From NCBI GenBank assembly GCA_022711395.1, contig JAKLFA010000001.1, forward strand, positions 387,277 through 451,276: a stretch of DNA of 64,000 nucleotides. Direction: 5' to 3'. The translations under genes and the position numbers were made by a program. The notes under the pieces were generated by a model. The model was not told the DNA's origin. It did no database searches and worked only from the letters and a program-made list of their open reading frames with translations. Source of the DNA: Candidatus Omnitrophota bacterium (GTDB lineage Bacteria; Omnitrophota; Gorgyraeia; Zapsychrales; JANLHA01). Shown here one piece after another: positions 36,587 through 46,874 of this stretch. Position 1 is the first letter of the stretch, and each line of letters starts with the position of its first letter.

Positions 36587-38383
36587 ATGGGATTCATTCC
36601 CGAAGAGGTTATACAGCAGGTTTTAGACCGATGCGATATTGTTGAAGTGGTTTCGTCCTATGTTCCATTAAAGAAGGCGGGGCGGAATTTTAAGGCGTTG
36701 TCTCCTTTTCGGCATGAAAAAACACCATCGTTCATTGTCAGTCCGGATAAACAGATATTCCATTGTTTCAGCAGCGGGATGGGTGGAAATGTCATTAGTT
36801 TCATTATGCATATGGAACGGTTGACTTTTCCGGAAGCTGTGAGGCTTTTGGCTGATCGCTGCGGGGTTGCGATCCCGCAAGCTGTTTCGGGGATTTCCAA
36901 AAAAGATGATCGTGACGATGTGTTACGTCAGATTAATGAATGGGCCGTTGAATTTTATCACCGTAATTTGTTGATGTCGCGAGAAAAGAACGCGGTTTTT
37001 GCCCGGGAATACTTGAAAAAACGTGGAATTAGCCTGGAAAACGCACGAAAATTTCAGTTAGGGCTGGCTTTAGAAGATTGGGATGCTCTGGCTCGATTTT
37101 TGCTGGAAAAAAAGGCAAAGGCCGAATTATTGGAAAAGGCCGGGTTGGTCATTGCACGCCAGGGAAAAGAAGGGCATTATGACCGTTTTCGGAACCGGAT
37201 TATGTTTCCGATTTTTGATGTTCGAGGCAGATGTGTGGCGTTTGGCGGTCGGGCTTTAGACAGCGGTCAGGATGCGAAATATATTAATTCACCCGAAACT
37301 CCAGTTTACAGTAAAGGGGCCCATCTTTACGGGTTACAGTTGTCAAAACAGGCGATCGCTCAAAAGGATCAGGTGATCGTTGTTGAAGGGTATATGGATT
37401 TTGCGATACCGTTCTCGGCAGGAGTGGATAATATTGTCGCGTCGTTGGGAACGGCGCTAACACAGCAACAGATACGGTTGATCCGTCGTTATACACACAA
37501 TATTGTTATGCTTTATGATGCGGATCCGGCAGGACAGGCTGCCATGATCCGCAGTCTTGATCTGCTCATTGAAGAAGGAATGCACGCGAGAGTCGCCGGC
37601 CTTGAACAAGGCGAGGATCCGGATTCGTTTGTGAGAAAATTCGGGGTGGAGGCGTTCCTAAAACGGGTGTCAGAGGCTAAAGAGGCCGATGATTTCAAGA
37701 TGGATTTTTTGTTTGAAAAGATCGATCCGTCAACTTCTGAAGGACGTTCTAAGATCGCCTCTGAAATGCTTTTGACGATCAACCGGTTTCAGGATGAGAA
37801 CCTGAAAGTGGAAGCGATCCGCAAATTGGCGGGCCGGTTGTCGGTTATTCAAAGCTCAATGATGACTCAGCAGGCTTTGATCACGGAGCTCTCAAGGATC
37901 GCTCGTCAGCCGGACAGGCAGGCAGGTCGTGTTAAGGCTGAAGAGCCGGCCGACGACCAATTTAAGGATGTCCCTGCAGCGGAACGGGACCTTTTACGGC
38001 TGATGCTTGTTGACGCTGATTTTATTGGACCGGTCCAATCAGAGGTGACCCTGGATGGTTTTCAGCATGGGGGCGTCAAGGAAGTGGCCCGGTGTATTTT
38101 TGAACTGTTCTCTCAGCATGGAAGTTTTGAACTGACGCTTTTGATCTCCCGGCTTGAGAGGCAGGAAATGATCAATTTTGTTTCCGGGCTGGTGTCGTCA
38201 GGCTCTTCGGTCGTTGGTAACAAGAAAAAGATGTACCGTGATTGTGTTGATAAGATGAAGAATGATAACATGCGTCTGGTTCGAAAAAGCCTTCTCGCCG
38301 CGATGGAAGATGCCAAGGCAAGAGGCGATGAGCAGCAGCTGGCCAAGTTGGCACAAGAATTTAACCGATTATTAAAGAGGTGA
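36587..38383 (+). CDS. dnaG: DNA primase.
   Basis: CHP-type Zn finger …[34 protein letters not shown]… and a TOPRIM domain (…VVEGYMDF…). Confidence 0.95.
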   Translation: MGFIPEEVIQQVLDRCDIVEVVSSYVPLKKAGRNFKALSPFRHEKTPSFIVSPDKQIFHCFSSGMGGNVISFIMHMERLTFPEAVRLLADRCGVAIPQAVSGISKKDDRDDVLRQINEWAVEFYHRNLLMSREKNAVFAREYLKKRGISLENARKFQLGLALEDWDALARFLLEKKAKAELLEKAGLVIARQGKEGHYDRFRNRIMFPIFDVRGRCVAFGGRALDSGQDAKYINSPETPVYSKGAHLYGLQLSKQAIAQKDQVIVVEGYMDFAIPFSAGVDNIVASLGTALTQQQIRLIRRYTHNIVMLYDADPAGQAAMIRSLDLLIEEGMHARVAGLEQGEDPDSFVRKFGVEAFLKRVSEAKEADDFKMDFLFEKIDPSTSEGRSKIASEMLLTINRFQDENLKVEAIRKLAGRLSVIQSSMMTQQALITELSRIARQPDRQAGRVKAEEPADDQFKDVPAAERDLLRLMLVDADFIGPVQSEVTLDGFQHGGVKEVARCIFELFSQHGSFELTLLISRLERQEMINFVSGLVSSGSSVVGNKKKMYRDCVDKMKNDNMRLVRKSLLAAMEDAKARGDEQQLAKLAQEFNRLLKR

Positions 38384-38388
38384 GATAC

Positions 38389-39978
38389 ATGGACACAAAG
38401 GATTTGCAGTCCGATTTGGAAAAACTCGTTTCAATGGGGAAGAAAAAAGGTTTTCTGACCTATGATGAAGTGAACGAGACTTTGTCCGAAAAGATCGAGT
38501 CATCAGAGGATATCGATCAGGTTTTCGATATTCTAGATGGAAAGAACATCAAGGTCATTGAGTCTGAGGACCTGGAAGCTGTTGAAGTGGATGAGGAGTT
38601 CTTGGAGGAGGAGTCCCGCGAACAGCAAGTCCGTCGTGTCCGGGCCGAGCAGACGAAGGATGACATCTATTCTGACAAATTTATTCCATTGGATGATCCG
38701 GTCAAGATGTATTTGAAACAAATGGGGTCGATCCCATTGTTGACCAGGGATGAAGAGATCGCTTTGGCCAAGCGTATTGAGGAGACCGAATACAAACTCG
38801 CCGAGGCGCTTTACTGCACCGCCTATGCACGCAAGCGGGCCATTGAAGTGATCAAGAAAGTTCTTTCGGAAGAGATCAATGTGGAAGATGTGATCAAGGA
38901 TGAGCTGGAACGCCGGCCGAAACTCATAAAAGATCTCAAGCGTATTTTAGCCCAGGTGCGGCAGACCCGGGTTGGCTCTGAGAAGTCGGCGAAGCTGTTA
39001 GCGGAGTTTAAACTGACCGCTTCTTTTAACGAGCAGGTGATCGATGAGATCGTCATGAAGAAAAGACGCCTTGAAAAGTTGGACCGGTTGCTTAAAAATA
39101 AATCCAAGAAAAAAGAGAATGAAGAACTTTATAAAGAGCGCGCGCTGTTGAGCAAGGATCTTGTTCAGCCGGCAAAGGTGATCAAAGAGCAGCTTAATGA
39201 TATTCGTATGCGCCGTTCCAATTTCAATAAGGCAAAAAAGTTGTTGGTCGAAGCGAACCTCCGTCTAGTTGTCAGCATCGCTAAAAAATATATTAACCGC
39301 GGACTTTCGTTCCTTGATCTGATCCAAGAGGGCAATATGGGTTTGATCCGTGCGGTTGAAAAATTCGAATATCAGCGAGGGTATAAATTTTCGACTTACG
39401 CCACTTGGTGGATCCGTCAGGCGATCACGCGTTCCATCGCCGATCAGGCCAGGACGATCCGTATTCCGGTTCATATGACCGAGACGATCAACAAGATCAT
39501 CCGGGTGTCACGTCTCTTTGTTCAGGAGTTCGGCCGTGAGCCCACGCCTCAGGAGATCGCCAAGCAGATGCGCATTCCTGTGATCAAGGTCAAGGAGATC
39601 ATGAAGATCTCTCAGGTCCCGATTTCTTTGCAGACACCGATCGGGGATGAGGGGGACACGAACTTCGGTGATTTCATTGAGGATAAAAAGGCGGTTTCGC
39701 CAGCCAACGCGACTTTGCATTCGATGCTCAAAGAAGAGATCCATTCTGTGCTTGAGACCTTAGATGAGCGCGAGCGCAAGATCCTGGAGCTGCGATTCGG
39801 TATCCATGATGGGACCAGCCGCACGCTTGAAGAGGTGGGTTCTGAATTCAATGTGACCAGAGAGCGTGTCCGTCAGATCGAATCGAAAGCCCTGAGGAAA
39901 CTCCGCCATCCGACACGTTCACGCCGGATCCAACAGTTTTTGGATGTGTCACTGAAGGATGCGGAAGTGATCTTTTAA
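38389..39978 (+). CDS. rpoD: RNA polymerase sigma-70 factor RpoD.
   Basis: ATG at 38389 lies 8 nt after AAAGAGG. It has regions 1.2 to 4 (…[32 protein letters not shown]…, …[20 protein letters not shown]…). Confidence 0.95.
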   Translation: MDTKDLQSDLEKLVSMGKKKGFLTYDEVNETLSEKIESSEDIDQVFDILDGKNIKVIESEDLEAVEVDEEFLEEESREQQVRRVRAEQTKDDIYSDKFIPLDDPVKMYLKQMGSIPLLTRDEEIALAKRIEETEYKLAEALYCTAYARKRAIEVIKKVLSEEINVEDVIKDELERRPKLIKDLKRILAQVRQTRVGSEKSAKLLAEFKLTASFNEQVIDEIVMKKRRLEKLDRLLKNKSKKKENEELYKERALLSKDLVQPAKVIKEQLNDIRMRRSNFNKAKKLLVEANLRLVVSIAKKYINRGLSFLDLIQEGNMGLIRAVEKFEYQRGYKFSTYATWWIRQAITRSIADQARTIRIPVHMTETINKIIRVSRLFVQEFGREPTPQEIAKQMRIPVIKVKEIMKISQVPISLQTPIGDEGDTNFGDFIEDKKAVSPANATLHSMLKEEIHSVLETLDERERKILELRFGIHDGTSRTLEEVGSEFNVTRERVRQIESKALRKLRHPTRSRRIQQFLDVSLKDAEVIF

Positions 39979-39995
39979 CGATGAAATGTCCTTTT

Positions 39996-40028
39996 AAGGC
40001 CTCGGGAAACCGGGGCCTTTTTTGTTTT
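39996..40028 (+). terminator. Rho-independent terminator after rpoD.
   Basis: Stem AAGGCCTCGGG/CCGGGGCCTT (10 bp including one G·U pair), AAA loop, then TTTTTTGTTTT. Confidence 0.7.
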
Positions 40029-40096
40029 AAAGCTGTTTTTTAGTTTTTTAAATCATGATATACTTACAATGATTTCAGCTTTTCAGGAGGGACACC

Positions 40097-40933
40097 ATGC
40101 GGCGCTGGATTTTGATTATCGGATTTTTGATCGGTTTCATGTGTACGGGATCGGTCTTTTCGGCAGACGATCAGGCGATCGACCCTCAGGTCATTGAACT
40201 TTCCAACAGGATCATGCAGGACATTTTTTCGGAGGTCAAGACCTCCCAGCCCAAGTTCAAGGAGCTGGCCCAATTCAGCGATCAGAATTTATTTAAGAAC
40301 GCCCAGGGAATCTATGCGATCAAGTATGAGTATAAGCCGGTCGCTCAAAGTGGCGATGCTTCTCAGCAAGACCTTCCCTATGAGCTGGCGGTTACTATCG
40401 ACGGCATGGAGCAGTGGACATTTGAGCCCCGCAAGGGGATGTTCAATTATGGATTTCCTTTGCTGAAACTGAAGATCTCGGGTTATCAAAAAAAGCATCC
40501 GATCCGTACCCAGTTCGATATCGATCCTCTCGTCAAGAAATACGGCCAGATCCTGGCGGACGAACAGCAAAAGCTCATGCCGCTTAAGATCATCATTGAG
40601 CCGACAAAGTCTTCGTTCACCACGGATGAGGACGTGATCGTGGAAGTCGTCCTGCGCAATGTTTCTAAACGCCACATGTATGTCCGGCCGTTGAACAAGG
40701 ACACATTGTATTTTTTGATCGATGATCAGTACTGGGGAACCAAACCAACTGAGGCGGCCCCGGATGAAGTGCAGAAGATCCTTTATTCTGGAGAAGAAGA
40801 ACGGATGAGCTATCGGATCGGGGTTTTTCAGCAACCACAGACTATTCACATGATGTGTTTTTATCGGATGGCCATTCATGGGGTCAATCCATTTGGTGTT
40901 CAGGAAATCTCGATCGTTGAGGCGAAGAAGTAG
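40097..40933 (+). CDS. Secreted hypothetical protein.
   Basis: Signal peptide MRRWILIIGFLIGFMCTGSVFSA. I recognise no family. Confidence 0.45.
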   Translation: MRRWILIIGFLIGFMCTGSVFSADDQAIDPQVIELSNRIMQDIFSEVKTSQPKFKELAQFSDQNLFKNAQGIYAIKYEYKPVAQSGDASQQDLPYELAVTIDGMEQWTFEPRKGMFNYGFPLLKLKISGYQKKHPIRTQFDIDPLVKKYGQILADEQQKLMPLKIIIEPTKSSFTTDEDVIVEVVLRNVSKRHMYVRPLNKDTLYFLIDDQYWGTKPTEAAPDEVQKILYSGEEERMSYRIGVFQQPQTIHMMCFYRMAIHGVNPFGVQEISIVEAKK

Positions 40934-41174
40934 CGGAGAGTTTAAGATTGCAGATGGTTTGCGATAGGTCGCGCTTGTCTGGGGGGACGCGCTTTTAAAG
41001 CCTTTCCGAGTGCAGTAATGCGTTAATATATAAGGGGTTATCAAAGTTGGCTTTTCCTACCGATTTTAACAAAGAAGTTCTGGAAAACCTCTTTACAGGT
41101 TTCTAAAATTCAATTATAATTAGGTTCACTTTTTGATTTATATTAGTATTAATTATATAAATATTTGGATTTTC

Positions 41175-41248
<74 letters not shown>

Positions 41249-41281
41249 GATTTGTAGAGAGTTCTTTTAGATTTTGCTTTC

Positions 41282-41358
41282 GGGCGCATAGCTCAGCTGG
41301 TTAGAGCGCTGCCCTCACATGGCAGAGGTCGAAGGTTCGAGTCCTTCTGTGCCCACCA
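41282..41358 (+). tRNA. tRNA-Val (CAC) with encoded CCA.
   Basis: Acceptor GGGCGCA/UGUGCCC, anticodon loop CUCACAU, T-loop GGUUCGAGUCC, 3' ACCA. Confidence 0.85.
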
Positions 41359-41389
41359 TCTTTTAACGATTGAACTGAAAGAAGGCATT

Positions 41390-42121
41390 GTGGCTGGATC
41401 CAATGTAGTGGAGACGCTCCGAAAATTAGTCGGGTTGCAGAAGTTTGATAATGAGATTTTCATGCTCAATCGAGAATTGGAGGAAAAGCCGGTCGCATTA
41501 GAGACCTTAAAGCAGGAGTTTGAACTTAAAAAAAGCAAGCTCAAGGATTTGGAAGCACGCTTTAAGAGTGTTCAGGTTGAGCGTAACACTCTGGAAGGGG
41601 ATTTGGCCGCCAAGGAAGAAAATATTAGAAAAGCCGAATCTCAATTGGCCCAGCTCAAGACAAACAAAGAATATCATGCCAAGATCACAGAGATCGAGGG
41701 TCTGAAGGCTGAAAAGTCTATGATTGAAGAAAAGATCCTCATGTCATACGATAAAGCCGATGAAGTGAGGGTCCAGGTTGAATCTGAGAAAAAAGTTGTC
41801 GCCGAGCAGGAGCAAGATTTTCAGTCAAAAAAGAAAGTCTTGGATGATGAGATCAAGGGCATACAGGGCCGAGTGGGCCTTTTGAAGGCTGAGCGGGAAA
41901 AGCTTCTTCCGGACCTGGATAAGGCCCTCTTGGCAAGGTATGAACGCATTTTGCATAATCGTGAGGGGCTGGCTGTTGTGCCGGTCAAGAATCAGGTCTG
42001 TGGCGGCTGTTTCATGAACATTCCAGCGCAGGTCATCAATGAGATCAAGAAACACGAGGAAATGATCAGTTGTGAGATTTGCGCCCGTATTCTTTATCTT
42101 GAGGAAGAACTGGGGTTGTGA
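41390..42121 (+). CDS. Coiled-coil Zn-ribbon protein (COG1579/DUF164 family).
   Basis: Long coiled coil ending …VCGGCFMNIPAQV…EEMISCEICARILY (C4 zinc ribbon). It sits in the conserved position upstream of rnhA. Confidence 0.75.
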   Translation: MAGSNVVETLRKLVGLQKFDNEIFMLNRELEEKPVALETLKQEFELKKSKLKDLEARFKSVQVERNTLEGDLAAKEENIRKAESQLAQLKTNKEYHAKITEIEGLKAEKSMIEEKILMSYDKADEVRVQVESEKKVVAEQEQDFQSKKKVLDDEIKGIQGRVGLLKAEREKLLPDLDKALLARYERILHNREGLAVVPVKNQVCGGCFMNIPAQVINEIKKHEEMISCEICARILYLEEELGL

Positions 42122-42576
42122 AAAGTTTAGAGATCTATACTGATGGGGCGTGCAGCGGAAATCCCGGTCCTTCTGGGATCGGATATATCATCCGTCAGAA
42201 TGGAAAAGTGGTCGGTGAATTTTCCCATTTTATCGGGCAGGCGACCAATAATATCGCTGAATATACGGCGCTTATTTATGCGCTGCAGGAAGCCTTGATC
42301 TTGAAGGCTTCGGATGTTGAGATCCGTGCCGATAGCGAGCTTTTGTGCCGGCAGGTATTGGGTGAATATCAGGTCAGGCACGAGAATATCAAACCGCTCT
42401 TTGATCAGATCCAGCATTTGGTAAAAGGTTTTCGTTCGTTTAGGATCAAGCATGTTCCGCGGACGGAGAATCGAGATGCCGATAGGCTGGCAAGAGAAGG
42501 ACTCAAACAAGGGCAGGCGAAGGTGTTTGCCTCGGCACAACAGGCCGGGGAGGAAAGTCCGAGCTCCGAAGGATAA
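42118..42576 (+). CDS. rnhA: Ribonuclease HI.
   Basis: GTG start overlapping the upstream stop. MKSLEIYTDGACSGNPGPSGIGYII…NNIAEYTALIYAL…ADSELL…KHVPRTENRDADRLAR contains the DEDD catalytic residues. Confidence 0.9.
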   Translation: MKSLEIYTDGACSGNPGPSGIGYIIRQNGKVVGEFSHFIGQATNNIAEYTALIYALQEALILKASDVEIRADSELLCRQVLGEYQVRHENIKPLFDQIQHLVKGFRSFRIKHVPRTENRDADRLAREGLKQGQAKVFASAQQAGEESPSSEG

Positions 42577-42913
42577 TGCACCCTGCTAATCCAGGGCCTG
42601 TGCACCACGTGGGGTGTACGGCGGGCCTTTTACAAGGTTTGCCGTGGACCCGGCATGGTTCACGGAGGATCAGAGCAACAGTGACGATGTCCCTGCAAAG
42701 GGAAGTGAAACGGGCAATCTCTGCATGGAGCAATGCCAAATAGGAGGACACATCCGGAAACGGAGACGAAGCGATCCGCTTCGTGTATGATCCTCGGGTA
42801 GGCAGCAAGAGTTCATGGGGCAACCCGTGAAGTGAGTTGAATAAACACCGCCTCGTTAGCGCATAAGCTTTTTTCTGCGAGGTCACAGAACTCGGCTTAC
42901 CGTTTGCCCTTGT
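42508..42913 (+). ncRNA. rnpB: RNase P RNA, bacterial type A.
   Basis: 5' conserved region GAGGAAAGUCCGAGCUCC. GCAAUGCCAAAUAGGAGG (cf. E. coli GCAAGGCCAAAUAGGGG). CGGGUAGGCAGCAAGAG. 3' ACAGAACUCGGCUUA. The P4 strands covary (5' AAGUCCGAG with 3' CUCGGCUU). P1 helix ends CAAGGGCA/UGCCCUUG. Confidence 0.85.
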
Positions 42914-42971
42914 TCTTATTTTAGATGAAATTGAAAATGAAATAGGTTGTTTTAAATGAGGAGGGTTTAAC

Positions 42972-43724
42972 ATGTCAGGACATTCAAAATGGGCAACCAT
43001 CAAGCATAAAAAGGCTGCTGCCGATGCCAAGCGCGGTGCGTTGTTTACAAAGTTGACAAAAGAGATCACGGCGGCCGCGAAGGCCGGTGGCGGGGACACG
43101 GAATCGAATATCCGTTTGCGTACGGCGATCCTGCGCGCGAAGGCCTATAATATGCCCAGTTCCAATATCGATAATGCTGTTAAAAAGGGAACAGGGGAGC
43201 TTCCCGGTGTCATTTATGAAGAGGTTGTTTTTGATGCGTATGCTCCGGGCGGAGTGGCTCTGTTAATCGAAGGGCTGACCGATAATAAAAATCGCACGAC
43301 AGCGGAGATCCGCAATATCCTTAACAAAAAGAATGGCAGTATGGCCGGTGCCGGTTCAACATCATGGATGTTCACGGCGAAAGGCGTCATTACGGTCAAG
43401 AAGGATAACGCTTCTGAAGACCAGCTTATGGAAGTCGCGCTTGAAGCCGGGGCTGAAGACATCGGAACAGAAGGTGATCTTTTTGAGGTCACTTGTGAGC
43501 CAGCAGCTTTCAATCAGGTCAAAGTTGCTTTGGAAGCAAAAAATATTGTAACGGAATCCGCTGAATTGACAAAGATCCCGAGTTCGACCGTGCGAGTTGT
43601 TGGAAACGATGCCAAGCAGGTGCTGGCATTGATGGAAGTCCTGGAAGAGCATGAGGACGTTCAGGCGGTTCATGCCAATTTTGATATCCCCGATGAAGAA
43701 ATGGAGCAGATCTCTGCTGAGTAA
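42972..43724 (+). CDS. yebC: YebC/PmpR-family transcriptional regulator.
   Basis: MSGHSKWATIKHKKAAADAKRG…, a canonical YebC N-terminus. Confidence 0.9.
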   Translation: MSGHSKWATIKHKKAAADAKRGALFTKLTKEITAAAKAGGGDTESNIRLRTAILRAKAYNMPSSNIDNAVKKGTGELPGVIYEEVVFDAYAPGGVALLIEGLTDNKNRTTAEIRNILNKKNGSMAGAGSTSWMFTAKGVITVKKDNASEDQLMEVALEAGAEDIGTEGDLFEVTCEPAAFNQVKVALEAKNIVTESAELTKIPSSTVRVVGNDAKQVLALMEVLEEHEDVQAVHANFDIPDEEMEQISAE

Positions 43725-43728
43725 AACG

Positions 43729-44211
43729 GTGATCTTGGGAGTTGATCCAGGGCTCAAGGCAACCGGATATGGCGTGATCGAGGTTGTTTGGCAGCCGGAT
43801 CGCCGTATCCGCCTTCTGGAGGCTGGGACCATTAACCCGAAGTCGCGAGATTCCATGCCGCTGCGTATTGATTCTGTCTATAAGAACTTAAAGGATATCA
43901 TCCATCAGCATGCTCCTCATTTGATGGTCCTTGAGAAACTGTTCGCGCATTATAAACATCCAACAACCGCTTTTATTATGGGGCATGTCCGCGGGGCGAT
44001 CTGTTTGCTCTGCGCTCATTGCCAGATCGAACTGGCCGAATACAGCGTCAAGCGGATACGCAAAGCGCTGGTCGGCAACGGAAGTGCCACCAAGCAACAG
44101 ACGCAGTTGGCTGTTGCCAAGGTCCTGAGCGTTGATCCTTCAAAATTGACACTGGACGCCAGCGATGCTTTGGCATTGGCCTTGGGCCATGCTTATATGC
44201 AACGATTGTAG
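43729..44211 (+). CDS. ruvC: Holliday junction resolvase RuvC.
   Basis: GTG start giving MILGVDPGLKATGYGVIE… with the catalytic Asp. The ORF-track ATG at 43651 would overlap yebC by 74 nt. Confidence 0.85.
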   Translation: MILGVDPGLKATGYGVIEVVWQPDRRIRLLEAGTINPKSRDSMPLRIDSVYKNLKDIIHQHAPHLMVLEKLFAHYKHPTTAFIMGHVRGAICLLCAHCQIELAEYSVKRIRKALVGNGSATKQQTQLAVAKVLSVDPSKLTLDASDALALALGHAYMQRL

Positions 44212-44224
44212 GAATGAAAAGGAT

Positions 44225-44875
44225 ATGATCTCAAAGATCAGGGGAAAATTTATTGAACGGCGCGATCAAGCGGTGATCCTTGAGGTGGGGGGGATCTTTT
44301 ATGAGATCCTGGTCTCGGATTCCGTGATGGGAAGGATCGAAGACCGCATGGGCCCCGATGCTTGTTTGGAGCTGATCACGTATTACTATATCCAGATCGG
44401 GCCGGCAAAAGGGAACCCTGTCTTGGTCGGATTTTTAAATGAGATCGAGAAAGATTTCTTTCTTGATTTTATCAAGGTCTCTGGTATTGGCCCGCGGGCT
44501 GCGATTAAAGCTCTCAATCAGCCGATCTCCACGATCGCCGAGGCGATCGTCAAGGGCGAAGAAAAATTCTTGACGGCTTTACCGGGGATCGGTAAGCAAA
44601 AGGCCAAGGAGATCGTGGCCAAGCTTCAAAATAAGGTGGGCAAATACGGGTTGATCCAGGATGAGGGGCCAGGAAGTTCTTTTCAGGCGGCGAGCAAGAT
44701 TGGAAAAGTCGAAGCTTGGCAGGAAGAAGCGTTGGAAGTTCTGCTGCAGTTGCAGTATAAAAAAGCGGAGGCCCAGCAGATGATCGAAAAGGCGCTTGAA
44801 CGCAATGCCTCGGTCTCTTCTGCCGAACAGTTGCTTAATGAAATTTATAAACAAAGGATCGCAGCTCATGGATGA
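44225..44875 (+). CDS. ruvA: Holliday junction branch-migration protein RuvA.
   Basis: ATG at 44225 after AAAGGA gives MISKIRGKFIERRDQAVILEVGGIFYEI…. HhH motifs (…GIGPRAAIKAL…, …LPGIGKQKAKEIV…). Confidence 0.85.
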   Translation: MISKIRGKFIERRDQAVILEVGGIFYEILVSDSVMGRIEDRMGPDACLELITYYYIQIGPAKGNPVLVGFLNEIEKDFFLDFIKVSGIGPRAAIKALNQPISTIAEAIVKGEEKFLTALPGIGKQKAKEIVAKLQNKVGKYGLIQDEGPGSSFQAASKIGKVEAWQEEALEVLLQLQYKKAEAQQMIEKALERNASVSSAEQLLNEIYKQRIAAHG

Positions 44876-45800
44876 AGAATCTCTTCGTTATATGAAAGGC
44901 GCCGTTGAAGCGCTGTTATTTATCAGCGAGAAGCCGGTGGCCCTTGAGCAGTTCAAGGAGGCCCTGGAGACCGTGGAGATCCAGGATATCCGTTTCATAT
45001 TAAAGGAGCTTCAGCAGGATTATGAAGAACGTCAGACGGGCATCACGCTGGTGGAGATCGCTGGCGGGTTTCAGATGTTGAGCAATCCGCAGTATGCGGA
45101 ATATATCCGTAATTTTTTTAAGACGAGGGTTAAGGAGAAATTGTCCCGTCCGGCCCTGGAGGTCCTTGCGATCGCGGCGTATCGCCAGCCGGTCTCGCGC
45201 GGGGATATTGAGATGATCCGCGGGGTTAATTCGGATGGGACCGTGGCCCATCTGCTGGATAAGAATTTGATCAAGATCGTCGGGCGGAAAGATGTTCCGG
45301 GCAGACCTTATTTGTATGGGACTACGAAACTTTTTTTGGAATATTTTGGCCTTAAATCATTGAAAGACCTGCCCAAGCTTGAGGACTTTGTGGATTCTGT
45401 TGGGGCGATGGAAGACGAGCGCGGCGCCGGGAATCTTTTTTCCAGCAATAAACCGGTAACGGTCGAGGACGCGGTCCAGGATGTCGGGGAGGACCATGTG
45501 GAGCGGTCGTTTGCCACGCAGGACCCGGGGGGGGAATCTGTCCCGGAGGACGAGGTCCTCTCGTCCAGTGAGCCAGCACCTGAGGAATTCTCGGATGCGA
45601 TGGCCCGGCGTGATATCGCTCAGCAGGAACATGTCCTGGATGGTCCTGCGGAAGAAGCGGGAGATCTGAAAAAAGCCATGGATGCGATTAGCCGCGGTGA
45701 ACATGAGATCGAGCAGGATGCTCAGCGCCCTGAAGGGTATGAGCAGAGTTTTTACGAAGAGATGCAGCAAGAACAGGCGCCGGAACCCTCAAAAGATTAA
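44868..45800 (+). CDS. scpB: Segregation and condensation protein B.
   Basis: MDEESLRYMKGAVEALLFISEKPVALEQF… followed by winged-helix repeats (…AAYRQPVSRGDIEMIRGVN…) and a long acidic C-terminal tail. It overlaps the ruvA stop by 8 nt. Confidence 0.8.
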   Translation: MDEESLRYMKGAVEALLFISEKPVALEQFKEALETVEIQDIRFILKELQQDYEERQTGITLVEIAGGFQMLSNPQYAEYIRNFFKTRVKEKLSRPALEVLAIAAYRQPVSRGDIEMIRGVNSDGTVAHLLDKNLIKIVGRKDVPGRPYLYGTTKLFLEYFGLKSLKDLPKLEDFVDSVGAMEDERGAGNLFSSNKPVTVEDAVQDVGEDHVERSFATQDPGGESVPEDEVLSSSEPAPEEFSDAMARRDIAQQEHVLDGPAEEAGDLKKAMDAISRGEHEIEQDAQRPEGYEQSFYEEMQQEQAPEPSKD

Positions 45801-45814
45801 AAGGTGAGGTGAGT

Positions 45815-46870
45815 ATGTCATTAAAAGAATACCGAGCAAAAATCGATCAGTTGGACGAACGTATCGTCAAGACCCTTAACGAGCGAGCGAAACTGAGCCA
45901 GAAGATCGGAGAGCTGAAGAATAAAGAAAAACGAAGCATTTATTCGGCTGAACGGGAACAGCAGGTCCTTAAAAGGGTCAAAGATATGAACGCCGGCCCT
46001 ATGACCGGGGAGGCGCTGGACGCGATCTACAGAGAGATCATGTCCGCCTCGCTGTCATTGGAGAAGGCGTTGCGTATCGCGTATATGGGGCCGAAAGCCT
46101 CGTTCTCACACCAGGCGGCCTTGAAGAAATTCGGTTCTCAAGTGGAATACGTGGATTGCCTGAACATCTCAGAGGTCTTTAAGCGTGTCTCGGATGGTGA
46201 CTGTGACCACGGTGTTGTGCCGATCGAAAACTCTATTGAAGGGGCGGTCACACATACTTTTGACCTTTTGGTGGACAGCGACCTAAAGATCTGTTCTCAG
46301 CTTTTGCTTGAGATCTCGCATAATTTGCTGTCGAAAACCACATTAAGCAAGATCAAGAACGTGTATTCCAATCCGCATGTGTTCGGACAGTGCCGATATT
46401 GGCTGCAGAACAATTTGCCCCAAGCGAATTTGATCGATGTGGTTTCAACGACCCATGCGTCACAGATCGCGACAAAGGAAAAGAATTCCGCGGCGATCGC
46501 CTCGATCTTGGCGGCGAAGGAATACAATTTGAAAGTTGTCCAGCAGGGGATCGAGGATTCGCATCATAATATCACCCGGTTTTTAGTGATCGCCAATTCT
46601 GACGTTCCGCAAACCGGAAATGACAGGACATCGATCGTGTTCTCTATCAGGGACCGGGTGGGCGCGCTTCATGACATGCTCACGCCGTTTCATGAGAACA
46701 AGATCAACCTGACAAAGATCGAATCCCGTCCATCCAAGAAAAAGGCGTGGGATTATTATTTCTTTGTTGATTTTTACGGGCACCGGGAAGACGCTCAGGT
46801 CAAAAAAGCTCTTCAGAAACTCGACGGAATGTGCAAATATTTAAAGGTTCTGGGATCCTACCCAGTTTAA
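45815..46870 (+). CDS. pheA: Bifunctional chorismate mutase/prephenate dehydratase.
   Basis: N-terminal chorismate-mutase helix (…LREYRAKIDQLDERIVKTLNERAKLS…), then a prephenate dehydratase domain (…RIAYMGPKASFSHQAA…) and a C-terminal ACT domain. Confidence 0.9.
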   Translation: MSLKEYRAKIDQLDERIVKTLNERAKLSQKIGELKNKEKRSIYSAEREQQVLKRVKDMNAGPMTGEALDAIYREIMSASLSLEKALRIAYMGPKASFSHQAALKKFGSQVEYVDCLNISEVFKRVSDGDCDHGVVPIENSIEGAVTHTFDLLVDSDLKICSQLLLEISHNLLSKTTLSKIKNVYSNPHVFGQCRYWLQNNLPQANLIDVVSTTHASQIATKEKNSAAIASILAAKEYNLKVVQQGIEDSHHNITRFLVIANSDVPQTGNDRTSIVFSIRDRVGALHDMLTPFHENKINLTKIESRPSKKKAWDYYFFVDFYGHREDAQVKKALQKLDGMCKYLKVLGSYPV

Positions 46871-46874
46871 GACT

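Noticed and set aside
42503-43099. 198-aa minus-strand ORF spanning rnpB and the start of yebC
   Set aside because: It overlaps a structured ncRNA and a conserved gene on the opposite strand, with a Pro/Ala-rich low-complexity product.
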